From positions 1,522 through 65,521 of the forward strand of contig JBDTNF010000016.1 of assembly GCA_039933875.1 (NCBI GenBank): a stretch of DNA of 64,000 nucleotides, read 5' to 3'. Of this stretch, positions 1 through 8,641 are shown one piece after another. The notes below the pieces were generated by a model. That model saw only the letters and a list, made by a program, of their open reading frames with translations, had not been told where the DNA came from and searched no databases. Numbering within the stretch: the stretch's first letter is position 1; each line of letters begins with the position of its first letter. This stretch comes from Flavobacteriales bacterium (lineage in GTDB: Bacteria > Bacteroidota > Bacteroidia > Flavobacteriales_F > PHOS-HE28). The translations under genes were made by a program, and so were the position numbers.

Positions 1-114
1 TACCTCGTGCCTGAGGGCATCATCACCGGGGAGCGCAAGCTACCCGAGGTCTTGCTGCACATCGCTTCAGTGCTGCCCATGCCAAAGCCGAAGAAGAAAG
101 CGAAGAAGGGCTAA
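1..114 (+). CDS. 3' end of an unidentified CDS (start lies upstream of the window)
   Basis: Frame 1 is open from base 1 to TAA at 112-114 (...YLVPEGIITGERKLPEVLLHIASVLPMPKPKKKAKKG*). It has a lysine-rich tail and I recognise no family. Confidence 0.4.
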   Translation, partial: YLVPEGIITGERKLPEVLLHIASVLPMPKPKKKAKKG

Positions 115-148
115 GCGGGTAGCCTGGGTCATGTATGGAGCTGCCGCG

Positions 149-787
149 CTATGTCAGCAGCCCGAGCCGTTCGGCCAAGGCGATCACATCCTCGTTCACC
201 AGATCCAGGTGCTCGGCCTGCAAGCCGGCCTCGCGTGCACCGATCACATGCTGGATCGAATCGTCGATGAACAGTGTGCGCCCCGGCGCTGCGCCGTGTT
301 CACGGAGCACATGTTCGTATGCGTCGGCGTTCGGCTTGCGCAGGCCGATCTCGCAGCTGTAGTAAGCACCGTGGAACAGCGCCTTGAAGTCGACGAAGCC
401 GTTCTCTCGTTCCACGATGGCCGAGAACGCGGGCACATGGATGGCGTTGGTGTTGCTCAGCAAAAGCACACGATAGCGCTCTTTCAGTCGATGGATCAAT
501 TCAATGCGTGCGGCGGGGATGGAGCCGAGCATCGCGTTCCAGCAGTCGTCGATCCGCTCGTCGGTGATCCCGGTGCCATGAAGCTGCCGGATACGATCGC
601 GGAATTGCGCTGGCGAGAGAGCCCCTGTCTCGAACCCATCGAAGAGATGGTCCTGCTTCGCCTTGCTGTACAACGTTTCGAAATCAGCGAATCCCAATGC
701 TTTGAACGCGTTGGTCGTAGCGTGATAATCCACATCGATCAGCACGCCGCCGAGGTCGAGCAGGAGAGTATCGATGTGGTTGTGCAT
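149..787 (-). CDS. HAD-IA family hydrolase (YihX-like sugar-phosphatase type)
   Basis: ORF 149..838(-). I place the start at the internal Met (ATG 787-785) because the longer ORF runs into the tRNA. HAD motifs: 'LLLDLGGVLIDVD' (motif I, DxG variant as in E. coli YihX), 'LLLSNTN' and 'FIDDS'. Confidence 0.85.
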   Translation of the reverse strand: MHNHIDTLLLDLGGVLIDVDYHATTNAFKALGFADFETLYSKAKQDHLFDGFETGALSPAQFRDRIRQLHGTGITDERIDDCWNAMLGSIPAARIELIHRLKERYRVLLLSNTNAIHVPAFSAIVERENGFVDFKALFHGAYYSCEIGLRKPNADAYEHVLREHGAAPGRTLFIDDSIQHVIGAREAGLQAEHLDLVNEDVIALAERLGLLT

Positions 788-830
788 GGCGGCGGCGAAG
801 GTACCCGCCGGTCTACATTTGCGGCCGACC

Positions 831-903
831 GGGCCCATAGCTCAGCGGTCAGAGCAGGGGACTCATAATCCCTTGGTCGCAGGTTCAAATCCTGCTGGGC
901 CCA
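831..903 (+). tRNA. tRNA-Met (anticodon CAU); could instead be a lysidine-modified tRNA-Ile2
   Basis: Cloverleaf folded by hand. Acceptor GGGCCCA/TGGGCCC, D-arm AGCTCAGCGGTCAGAGC, anticodon stem GGGGA/TCCCT with loop CT-CAT-AA, T-arm GCAGG-TTCAAAT-CCTGC, discriminator A. CCA is not encoded. Confidence 0.9.
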
Positions 904-934
904 CCTCGCCACGGCGCGTTGTCCAAGCGCCTGT

Positions 935-2725
935 TCAATACGGCCGCACGGCGGACACCCGCATGAACACATCGTCGATCAGCAGGCTGGCGGTGTGTTC
1001 GTGGTTCCAGAAGTAGAAGCGCAATTCATCACCGGGCTCCAGTGGGGGCACAGGGATGCGGTACTCGAGTTGTTGCCAGACCCCGGCTTTTCCGGGTACC
1101 GGGTTGATCGGGAACGGCTCATAGTAGGCGGGTGTTCCATCGGGCCGTTTCACTTCGGTAACGCCATACAGGGAATGCGAATCGCCGGAGTTCACCTCGT
1201 ACCGTTGCAGGCCGACCTCGAGGAATAGCGCTCTACCCGTGGGGATGACATCGGTGTTCGCCTTGAAAGAGAGCCCGAACTCGATGGAGGGCTCGAAGAT
1301 GCATACGTTGTCCTTGCTGAACGCTTCGGGTCTGTGCTCCACTTTTCCTTCGCTCCAGTAGGTGCATCGATGTTCCATGTCGCAGCTCTCCTCAAGGACC
1401 ACGTCCATGCCGTTCGGGTTGAACGGCGCGGCCTGGTAGTTCCCGCCCAGTTGGTTGCGGTAAGCATCGCCGAACTTTAGAAAACTGTAGAAATATTTCT
1501 CGCGGTCCATGCTCTCGTGGTGAAGGATACGGGCATGGTACTGCCACATCTGGGCGAGCTGCAAGGTGATGCATGCGACGATGAACACACGGGCCGCGAT
1601 CCACCAACGGCCCTGCCAATGGTGCAGTACGAGCGCCAGAGGCAGCACGAGGACCGGGTAGTGATCGATGAAGACACGGCTGCCGAAGCCGCTGCCGTAG
1701 TACCAGATCCACCAGCTGCTGATCACGAACGTGTTCACACCCCAATAGACCAGGCTTGAAACGGATCGAACGCGATCACGACCCCACAGGAGCACAGCGC
1801 TCATTGCGGCCAGCAGGAAGAAGGGGGTCCACAGGAACAGCCCGCGTCGGAAGCCGAAAAGCACCTTGACCATCTCGGACCGCCCCCAGTGGAAACCTTC
1901 GCCTTTGTAGCCCCACTCGAACCAGTGGCCCGTTTGAAAATGCCAGAGCAAGGGTTGTATCCCGACCACAAGCGCCCCCGCCAGTATCGCGCTCCCCAAC
2001 ACCAGCGGTCGTTTGAACAAGCGGGCGGCGAGCTTCAGTGTATCCGCGCCAGCCACAACGGGCACAGCCAGCAACACCAACGCGTTCACAGGCCGGATCA
2101 ACACTACGAGCCCGAGAACGGCTGCAGCGGCGACGGCCCACCACAACGAAGCGCCGCGCACGAGTCGGTGGACCAGCAGCAGGAACACGCTGACCGCACA
2201 GAAGGAGTAGACATGCGACCAGCCCGGTTGCAATGCCGCGTATTGCAACAAGGTGGTGCCGAGACCAAGCCCGAGCAGGACGCAGGCGATCACACCATCG
2301 CGAATGCCCATTCCGCGGAACAGCGCGCGCAATGCGAGCATGCCCAATAGGAGGTAAGCCCAGGCCCCCATACTGATCGCTGTGAGCTCGTAGATGGTGA
2401 ACCCGTCCCGCGGCTTATCCGGATCGGCCAGCGCGAAATGGCCCAATGCGAACCAGGGAGCCATCATCACGCTTGTGCCGCAGAAGTACTTGTTCAGCGT
2501 GCCGGTCGGGGTCCGGTTCACATACTCCCAAACGAACTCCTCGTGACCCAGATCGTGACGCAGGCAGATCGCCATCAGGTAGCCGTAGTAGCCCTTGGCG
2601 TCACTGCGGATGATGGTTTGCCAGGCTTTCCCGTCCTCGCCCCACCAGAGCCCGCGCACAGAGAGCACGGCGGTGAACAGTACCACCGTGAACGTCACAA
2701 GAAGGGATGCGGAGGGGCGGCGCAC
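935..2725 (-). CDS. Polytopic membrane protein, possible GT-C-type (ArnT/PMT-like) glycosyltransferase, with a soluble C-terminal domain
   Basis: 596-aa ORF with about 10 or more hydrophobic helices over the first ~400 aa and an early loop 'IRSDAKGYYGYL'. The last ~190 aa are non-membrane. The function is a guess from architecture only. Confidence 0.6.
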   Translation of the reverse strand: MRRPSASLLVTFTVVLFTAVLSVRGLWWGEDGKAWQTIIRSDAKGYYGYLMAICLRHDLGHEEFVWEYVNRTPTGTLNKYFCGTSVMMAPWFALGHFALADPDKPRDGFTIYELTAISMGAWAYLLLGMLALRALFRGMGIRDGVIACVLLGLGLGTTLLQYAALQPGWSHVYSFCAVSVFLLLVHRLVRGASLWWAVAAAAVLGLVVLIRPVNALVLLAVPVVAGADTLKLAARLFKRPLVLGSAILAGALVVGIQPLLWHFQTGHWFEWGYKGEGFHWGRSEMVKVLFGFRRGLFLWTPFFLLAAMSAVLLWGRDRVRSVSSLVYWGVNTFVISSWWIWYYGSGFGSRVFIDHYPVLVLPLALVLHHWQGRWWIAARVFIVACITLQLAQMWQYHARILHHESMDREKYFYSFLKFGDAYRNQLGGNYQAAPFNPNGMDVVLEESCDMEHRCTYWSEGKVEHRPEAFSKDNVCIFEPSIEFGLSFKANTDVIPTGRALFLEVGLQRYEVNSGDSHSLYGVTEVKRPDGTPAYYEPFPINPVPGKAGVWQQLEYRIPVPPLEPGDELRFYFWNHEHTASLLIDDVFMRVSAVRPY

Positions 2726-2815
2726 GGCGATGGGCGTTCGAGGCCGTGAAGATGGGAAGGAAGGCGAACACGCGACCAGCAGGCTACTTTAGCCACCTCA
2801 CGCGCAGGAGCAGGA

Positions 2816-3829
2816 ATGAAGAAGGTCATCGTCACGGGAGGAGCGGGGTTCATCGGTTCGCACACGGTGGTGGAGCTGATCGCCGCTGGCTATGAGCCGG
2901 TGATCGTGGATGATCTGCGCAATAGCGACGAGCGGGTACTGAAGGGGTTGGCGGCGATCCTCGGACGGGACCCGAAGGTCCATCGCGTCGATTGTACCGA
3001 CGAAGTGGCGTTCGACCGGGTTTTCGCTGCGGAAGCCCCAGTTCATGGCGTGATCCACTTCGCCGCCTATAAAGCGGTCGGGGAGAGCGTTGCCCAACCG
3101 CTGAAGTACTATCGCAACAACGTGGGGTCTCTCGTGGTGCTGTTGCACCTGATGGCGGAACACGCCGTCAAGCGCCTGGTGTTCTCTTCCAGCTGTACTG
3201 TCTATGGCCAGCCGGAGAAACTGCCCGTGACCGAGACCTCGCCGGACCGTGATGCACAGTCGCCCTACGGATACACCAAGGTGGTGTGCGAGCAATTGCT
3301 CCGTGATCAGAGCGCAGCGGATCCGTCGTTGAAGACGGTGATGTTGCGGTACTTCAACCCGATCGGTGCGCACACCTCGGGCCTCATCGGGGAACTCCCC
3401 ATCGGCGTGCCCGGCAACCTGGTGCCTTACGTGACACAAACGGCGGCGAAGATCCGTGAGCGATTGCGGGTGAACGGCAACGACTACGACACCCCCGACG
3501 GCAGTTGTGTGCGCGACTACATCCACGTGATGGACCTGGCCAAGGCACACGTGAGGGCACTCGACTGGGTGGAGGAACGGGAGGCGCCGCTGTGCGAGGT
3601 CTTCAATCTGGGTACTGGCCGTGGTAACTCCGTGCTGGAGGTGGTGAACACGTTCATCGCGGTGAACGGTGTTGATGTGCCCTACGAGATCGGCCCGCGG
3701 CGACCGGGTGATGTCGAACGTGTTTATGCGGACACGTCGAAGAGCCGCGATGTTCTCGGGTGGGAATGCCGCTACGACCTGCGCGATGCCCTGCGCGATG
3801 CGTGGAAGTGGCAACAGGCCTTGGGCTGA
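2816..3829 (+). CDS. galE: UDP-glucose 4-epimerase
   Basis: N-terminal Rossmann motif 'KVIVTGGAGFIGSH', catalytic 'SPYGYTK', and 'LRYFNPIGAH'. The 337-aa length is typical for GalE. Confidence 0.95.
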   Translation: MKKVIVTGGAGFIGSHTVVELIAAGYEPVIVDDLRNSDERVLKGLAAILGRDPKVHRVDCTDEVAFDRVFAAEAPVHGVIHFAAYKAVGESVAQPLKYYRNNVGSLVVLLHLMAEHAVKRLVFSSSCTVYGQPEKLPVTETSPDRDAQSPYGYTKVVCEQLLRDQSAADPSLKTVMLRYFNPIGAHTSGLIGELPIGVPGNLVPYVTQTAAKIRERLRVNGNDYDTPDGSCVRDYIHVMDLAKAHVRALDWVEEREAPLCEVFNLGTGRGNSVLEVVNTFIAVNGVDVPYEIGPRRPGDVERVYADTSKSRDVLGWECRYDLRDALRDAWKWQQALG

Positions 3830-4079
3830 AGCCGCTGACCCTTGGATGACCGTGCTAAAGGTGAAGCTTGAGGGGAAGCTGAGGCTGTATCGGGGGCAGG
3901 GTGGGTTCTGAGGAGCGGCACCGGTGTACTCCGCTCTGATCGTCCTACCGTGGATCCGGTAGGTCCTTCGAAGAAGCACCGCCGGACCTGCTGAAAATAC
4001 CAACGAATGGGTATTGATACGGCTTCGTGATGATGGTTCATTTGAGGGAGCGATTTTGCTCTACCAAAGATCCCAAGCC

Positions 4080-4688
4080 ATGAAAACCACAGGGATTGTT
4101 CTCACCGCGACTCTAGTCGCTACTTGCCTGCTCACCTCCTGCGCCAAGGATGAACTCACCGCCCCGAGCGCTCCCTCCGCCCAGGGTCTTGCCAACCCGC
4201 TCAGTGCGGAGCCCGCGCCTGTTCTTGATACCAAGATGGACATGCCTTGTCTCGATGCCGATGTCCCCCTCTTGCATATCCGCTGGACCCTGCAACGGCT
4301 GGATGGCCGGCCGATCTCCCTGGCTACCGATGCCATCCGACCATGGCTGACCTTCAGCGATGGTCCCGATCAGGCGATCAACGGTTTCGGTGGGTGCAAT
4401 GCGATCACCGGCACCTTCGAGTTCGATTGCGAGTCGCTCCATTTCGCGTCCCTCGGCAGTACTCACATCTACTGCGCTAACACCTACGACCTGGAACAAC
4501 ACTTCCTGGCTGCGCTGGGTGAGGCGGATTCATTCGCGGTCTGGGGCGACCGGCTGCAACTCTTCAAAGGCTCCGTGGAGATCGCCGCGCTTTATCAACA
4601 CCAGTTACCGATCGCTTCGGCGATGGGACAAGGGCTCGGTCAGGATCACACCAGCACCCCGCCCACAGTGCCGTTCCCGGACAATTGA
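4080..4688 (+). CDS. META-domain (HslJ-like) lipoprotein
   Basis: Start taken at MKTTGIVLTATLVATCLLTSC (lipobox LTSC). META-type motifs 'WTLQRLDGRPI' and 'INGFGGCNAITGTFEFD...LHF'. Confidence 0.75.
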   Translation: MKTTGIVLTATLVATCLLTSCAKDELTAPSAPSAQGLANPLSAEPAPVLDTKMDMPCLDADVPLLHIRWTLQRLDGRPISLATDAIRPWLTFSDGPDQAINGFGGCNAITGTFEFDCESLHFASLGSTHIYCANTYDLEQHFLAALGEADSFAVWGDRLQLFKGSVEIAALYQHQLPIASAMGQGLGQDHTSTPPTVPFPDN

Positions 4689-4729
4689 GAGGATCGTCCC
4701 CGGTGATCAAGAAGGATCCCGGTTCTGTT

Positions 4730-4767
4730 GGACCCCGATGCCAGGCAATGACCCGGCATCGGGGTCC
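4730..4767. terminator. GC-rich hairpin between convergent genes (probable bidirectional terminator)
   Basis: 13-bp perfect stem GGACCCCGATGCC (4730-4742) / GGCATCGGGGTCC (4755-4767) between the META gene stop (4688) and the fucosidase stop (4795). There is no clear T-run. Confidence 0.5.
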
Positions 4768-4794
4768 AGCGCGTCATCCCGGTCGCACGCGGGT

Positions 4795-6255
4795 TCAGAA
4801 CCGTGGTGAGTTCAGTGGCCAGTACATCACCTTGACCACCTTCAGGCCGGAGCCGAACGAAGGCTTCGGTCGGGGAAGTGTGATGACGAATTCGTCATGC
4901 TCCACTCGAATTTTCAGATCCTTTCCGGTAGCCAGCAAGCTGGCCGATCTGACCTGCGCGAAAACCCACCAGGCGAGTCGGACCTCCCCGTTGGCATCGG
5001 GTTCAAGGAACAAGTAGGCCGTGCTATTTTCACGGGTCTCGTGTTCCCGGTACTTCATGGTGCAGCCCAGCACGTTAGTGGGCAATGCCCCCTGGAAGGC
5101 TTCGGCGCCGTAGATCGCCTCCCCGTTCACCTTCAACCATGCGCCTACTTCCTCCAGTCGTTCGTAGGCAGCAGGATCCCATTGCCCATCAGGCCCAGGA
5201 GCCACGTTCAACAGCAGACTTCCGCCGCGCGAGACCACGGTCACTAACGTGCGAATGATCTCGTCCGTGCTCTTGTACTGCTCGTTTGGCACCCAACTCC
5301 AGCTTGTGCCCATCGGCATGCACGTTTCCCACGGCACGCCGGGATCCTTGTCCGGCACATGCCCTTCCGGTGTGATGTAGTTCTCGTACGCGCCACCCAC
5401 GGTGCGATCGACAACGAGCAAGCCAGGCTGGTGTGAGCGTGCCATCGCCGCGATCCGGGGCATGTCGATGTCCTGCTCGATGGTGATCGCCTTTTGCCAG
5501 CTCACGCTCGTGTCGATGCTGTTGAACGGGCGCACCCAACCGCCATCGAGCCAGAGGATGTCCATTGGACCATAGCCCGTCATCAGTTCCTCGATCTGTG
5601 TGTACGTGTGGTCTTGAAAGGCCTTCCAACGCTGTGGATAGTTGGTTGGCAGGTAGTTCACGCTGCGGTCCTTCGGCGGGAAGTTGCGCCACCAGTAATC
5701 GTCGCTGTGCCAGTCCGGCTTGCTGAAGTAGGCTCCAGTCCAGAGGCCTTCGTTGCGGAACGCGGAGAAGAGCTCCTTGGTCACGTTCGCGCGTGGATCA
5801 CTGTGGAACGGTGTGTTCGGCGACGTGATGCGATAGTCCGTCGTCTTTGTATCGAACATGCAGAAGCCGTCGTGGTGCTTCGTGGTGAAGACCATGTACT
5901 TCATGCCAGCCTCCTTCGCTGCATGCGCCCATTTCGCCGGATCGAACACCCGCGGGTCGAACGTGTTCTGGAGCGCCTCGTAGTTGCGCACGTATTCGTT
6001 GTAAGTGGCGCCGTGCTTCGGATCGCGCACGCACCAGCCCTCATCCTCCGGGCAGATGCTCCAGCTCTCCACCACGCCCCATTGGCTGTATGTGCCCCAG
6101 TGCATCAGCAAGCCGAACTTCAGATCCTTCCACCGGGCCAATTTGCTCGCGACCGCTGTGTCGCTGGGTGCGATGTATGGTGCCTGGGCCACGAGATGGT
6201 TCGCGCTGCCCAGAAGAGCAAGGATGCAGATGACGATGAAGGACGTTCGACGCAT
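4795..6255 (-). CDS. alpha-L-fucosidase (GH29), secreted
   Basis: Start at MRRTSFIVICILALLGSANHLVAQ (signal peptide). GH29 hallmarks 'KFGLLMHWGTYSQWG' and 'TKHHDGFCMFDT'. Confidence 0.9.
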   Translation of the reverse strand: MRRTSFIVICILALLGSANHLVAQAPYIAPSDTAVASKLARWKDLKFGLLMHWGTYSQWGVVESWSICPEDEGWCVRDPKHGATYNEYVRNYEALQNTFDPRVFDPAKWAHAAKEAGMKYMVFTTKHHDGFCMFDTKTTDYRITSPNTPFHSDPRANVTKELFSAFRNEGLWTGAYFSKPDWHSDDYWWRNFPPKDRSVNYLPTNYPQRWKAFQDHTYTQIEELMTGYGPMDILWLDGGWVRPFNSIDTSVSWQKAITIEQDIDMPRIAAMARSHQPGLLVVDRTVGGAYENYITPEGHVPDKDPGVPWETCMPMGTSWSWVPNEQYKSTDEIIRTLVTVVSRGGSLLLNVAPGPDGQWDPAAYERLEEVGAWLKVNGEAIYGAEAFQGALPTNVLGCTMKYREHETRENSTAYLFLEPDANGEVRLAWWVFAQVRSASLLATGKDLKIRVEHDEFVITLPRPKPSFGSGLKVVKVMYWPLNSPRF

Positions 6256-6296
6256 GCGCTGACCGGTCAAGCAAAGTTGACGAAAGGAGCGACTCT

Positions 6297-6914
6297 TCAA
6301 GGAGCAGCGAAGAGCACCACGCACACATACGTACAGGCACCGCCGAGCAGGACGCCCGCATATACCTGAGCCGGTGAATGATCGCTGGAGAGCAACCGCG
6401 CCGAGGCCAGCGCCCCGGCCAGCACGATCAGCGCGGCGATCGGCGGCAGCAAGGGCAGGCTATGCAGCACCGATAATCCAACGAGCGCACCGATGGCGCC
6501 ACCGATGCCCACCATGTGCGCACTGATCTTCCAGCGGAATGTGACCACCGTTGTCACCCCCAGTGCGACGAGCGCACCGAGGAAAAGGCCGTGCACCGCG
6601 GGATGCAACGGGGAACGCCGGAGCAGGTACCACGTCATGGCGTAGTAGATCATGGTCATGATGTACGGGGCGATGCGCTCCGTGCGCGTCGGCATCAGCA
6701 GGCTGGAGATCAGCCCGGCGCGCAAAAGGAGCAAGGCGCTGGTGAGCGGGAAGACGATCGTCATCAACGCGACCATGCCGAGGATGATCCATCGGGCTTC
6801 GTCGGGAATGAAGAACGCCAGGTGCGGATCGACGCGGAACGCGAGCCACAACGTGAACACCGGCATGAACAGCGGATGCAGCAGGACGGATAGCCAGCGG
6901 GCGGCGGTGCGCAT
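6297..6914 (-). CDS. PAP2-family membrane phosphatase (probable)
   Basis: Six hydrophobic helices. The C-terminal half has 'ISAHMVG' and 'ARLLSSDHSPAQVYAG', resembling PAP2 motifs C2/C3 (SxH ... SRxxxxxHxxxQ/D). Start chosen at MRTAARWLSVLLHP. Confidence 0.6.
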   Translation of the reverse strand: MRTAARWLSVLLHPLFMPVFTLWLAFRVDPHLAFFIPDEARWIILGMVALMTIVFPLTSALLLLRAGLISSLLMPTRTERIAPYIMTMIYYAMTWYLLRRSPLHPAVHGLFLGALVALGVTTVVTFRWKISAHMVGIGGAIGALVGLSVLHSLPLLPPIAALIVLAGALASARLLSSDHSPAQVYAGVLLGGACTYVCVVLFAAP

Positions 6915-7026
6915 CGTCAATGAATGAGCGGCAAGTTCCCCAGCGGCCAGGGGCAAGTGGGGCCACTCTTTGCGCACTCCCGAACTCGCCGCCTGCCGAC
7001 TCGCCGCTGCTTCGGTCCCTGCTGCA

Positions 7027-8493
7027 TCAAAGCTCTTTGCGCAAACGCGCCACCGAGATGTTCAATTGCTCTCGGTATTTGGCCACGGTACGCCGCGCGA
7101 TGTTGTAGCCCTTGCTCTTGAGCAAGGCGGTCAGTTCGTCGTCGGTCAGCGGCTTGCGCTTCTCTTCGGCCTCGATCGCGTCCTTCAGGATCTTCTTCAC
7201 CTCGCGTGTGCTCACCTCCTCACCACTGTCGGTGCTCAGGCTTTCGCTGAAGAAGAACTTGAGCAGGAAGGTGCCGTGGTTCGTTTGCACGTACTTGCTG
7301 TTGGCTACCCGGCTGATGGTGCTGATGTCCAGCTTCACACGTTCGGCGATGTCCTTCAGGATCATCGGTTTCATTTTCGTCTCATCGCCACTGAGGAAGA
7401 ACTCGCGCTGGTGCTCCATGATGGCCTCCATGGTCACGAGCAGGGTGTTCTGCCGCTGCTTGATCGCGTCGATGAACCACTTCGCACTGTCCAGTTTCTG
7501 CTTGATGAACTGCAGGGCCTCGCGCTGGTCCTTGTCCTTCTTGTTCCGCTGGTATTCCTTGATCATGTCGCGGTACTGCCGGCTCACCCGCAGTTCCGGC
7601 GCATTGCGTCCGTTCAACGAAAGTTCGAGCTGCCCATCGCTGGCCATCACCATGAAGTCGGGGATGATCTCCTGCGATGGCTTGTCCGTGTCGCGCATGG
7701 TGTTGCCCGGCTTCGGGTTCAGGTGCACGATCAGGTCGATGGCGCCTTTCAGCGCGTCCTCGTCGATCTCAAGCCGGTCCAGGATGCGCTCGTAGTGCTT
7801 CTTGCTGAACGCCTCGAAATTCTTGTCCAGGATCTCACGTCCTACACGTTGTTCGAGGCTGTGCGGCATACGGTCCACTTGCAACAGCAGGCACTCACGC
7901 AGGTCGCGGGCACCCACCCCGGCGGGGTCGAGCGACTGCACCTCCTTCAGGGCCTTCAGCAACTCCTCACGCGTGCAGATCACGTTCTGTGTGAAGGCGA
8001 GGTCGTTCACGATGGCGTCGACGTCGCGACGGAGATACCCATCCTCGTCCAGGTTGCCGATCAAGTGTTCGGCGAGCAGTTCGGTGCGGTCGTCGCAGGC
8101 CCGCAGGCCCAGTTGCGCCTTCAGTGAATCCTGGAAGGTGGTGCCGCCGGCCAGCGGCATCACGCGCTCCTCCTCATCGGGGCCGCTGTTCTTCACGCTC
8201 AGCTTGTAATCAGGCGTGTCGTCGTCCTGGAAGTAATCGCTCAGGTCGAAATCGTCGCGCTCGTTCTCATCGTTGCCGTCGGCGTCCTGGTTCTGCTCCT
8301 CGATGGCCTGCTCCTCCGTGGGGGCCTCCTCCTCCTCATGGTCCTCGCCTTCCTCCAGGGCGGGATTGTCCTCGATCTCCTGCTTGATGCGCTGCTCCAG
8401 CTCCACGGTGGGCACCTGCAACAGCTTCATCAGCTGGATCTGCTGTGGGCTCAGCTTCTGCTGCAGCTTCTGGAAAAGGCCTTGTTTCAACAT
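7027..8493 (-). CDS. rpoN: RNA polymerase sigma-54 factor
   Basis: Start at MLKQGLFQKLQQKLSPQQIQLMKLLQ (canonical RpoN N-terminus). It has an acidic linker, and the C-terminal RpoN box 'ARRTVAKYREQLNI'. Confidence 0.95.
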   Translation of the reverse strand: MLKQGLFQKLQQKLSPQQIQLMKLLQVPTVELEQRIKQEIEDNPALEEGEDHEEEEAPTEEQAIEEQNQDADGNDENERDDFDLSDYFQDDDTPDYKLSVKNSGPDEEERVMPLAGGTTFQDSLKAQLGLRACDDRTELLAEHLIGNLDEDGYLRRDVDAIVNDLAFTQNVICTREELLKALKEVQSLDPAGVGARDLRECLLLQVDRMPHSLEQRVGREILDKNFEAFSKKHYERILDRLEIDEDALKGAIDLIVHLNPKPGNTMRDTDKPSQEIIPDFMVMASDGQLELSLNGRNAPELRVSRQYRDMIKEYQRNKKDKDQREALQFIKQKLDSAKWFIDAIKQRQNTLLVTMEAIMEHQREFFLSGDETKMKPMILKDIAERVKLDISTISRVANSKYVQTNHGTFLLKFFFSESLSTDSGEEVSTREVKKILKDAIEAEEKRKPLTDDELTALLKSKGYNIARRTVAKYREQLNISVARLRKEL

Positions 8494-8641
8494 CGCGGGG
8501 TAAAAATACCGGCACGGGCGCGGTTGGCGAAACAGAAAGCCGCGGAGAAGGTGTTTTCCGACCCCGCCACCCTGACGGTGGTCCGGGAAGCATTGACGCT
8601 GAGAATGATACATTCGAGCCTCTTCGCCACTTACCACCATA

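Noticed and set aside
131-868. 245-aa plus-strand ORF across the HAD gene and into the tRNA
   Set aside because: It is antisense to a HAD hydrolase with clear motifs and overlaps the tRNA-Met gene. It contains no recognisable motif.
831-903. tRNA-Met(CAU) as the initiator tRNA
   Set aside because: The first acceptor pair is G1-C72, not the C1:A72-type mismatch. The anticodon stem (GGGGA/TCCCT) does not place three consecutive G-C pairs next to the loop.
2798-4003. 401-aa ORF antisense to galE
   Set aside because: It overlaps an unmistakable GalE on the other strand. Its R/H/G/A-rich composition is typical of antisense frames in GC-rich DNA, and it contains no motif.
8511-8528. Sigma-54 (-24/-12) promoter GGCACgggcgcggTTGGc upstream of the Cys-rich repeat gene
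   Set aside because: The GG to TTG spacing is 3 nt too long compared with TGGCAC-N5-TTGC. The -12 element reads TTGG, not TTGC.
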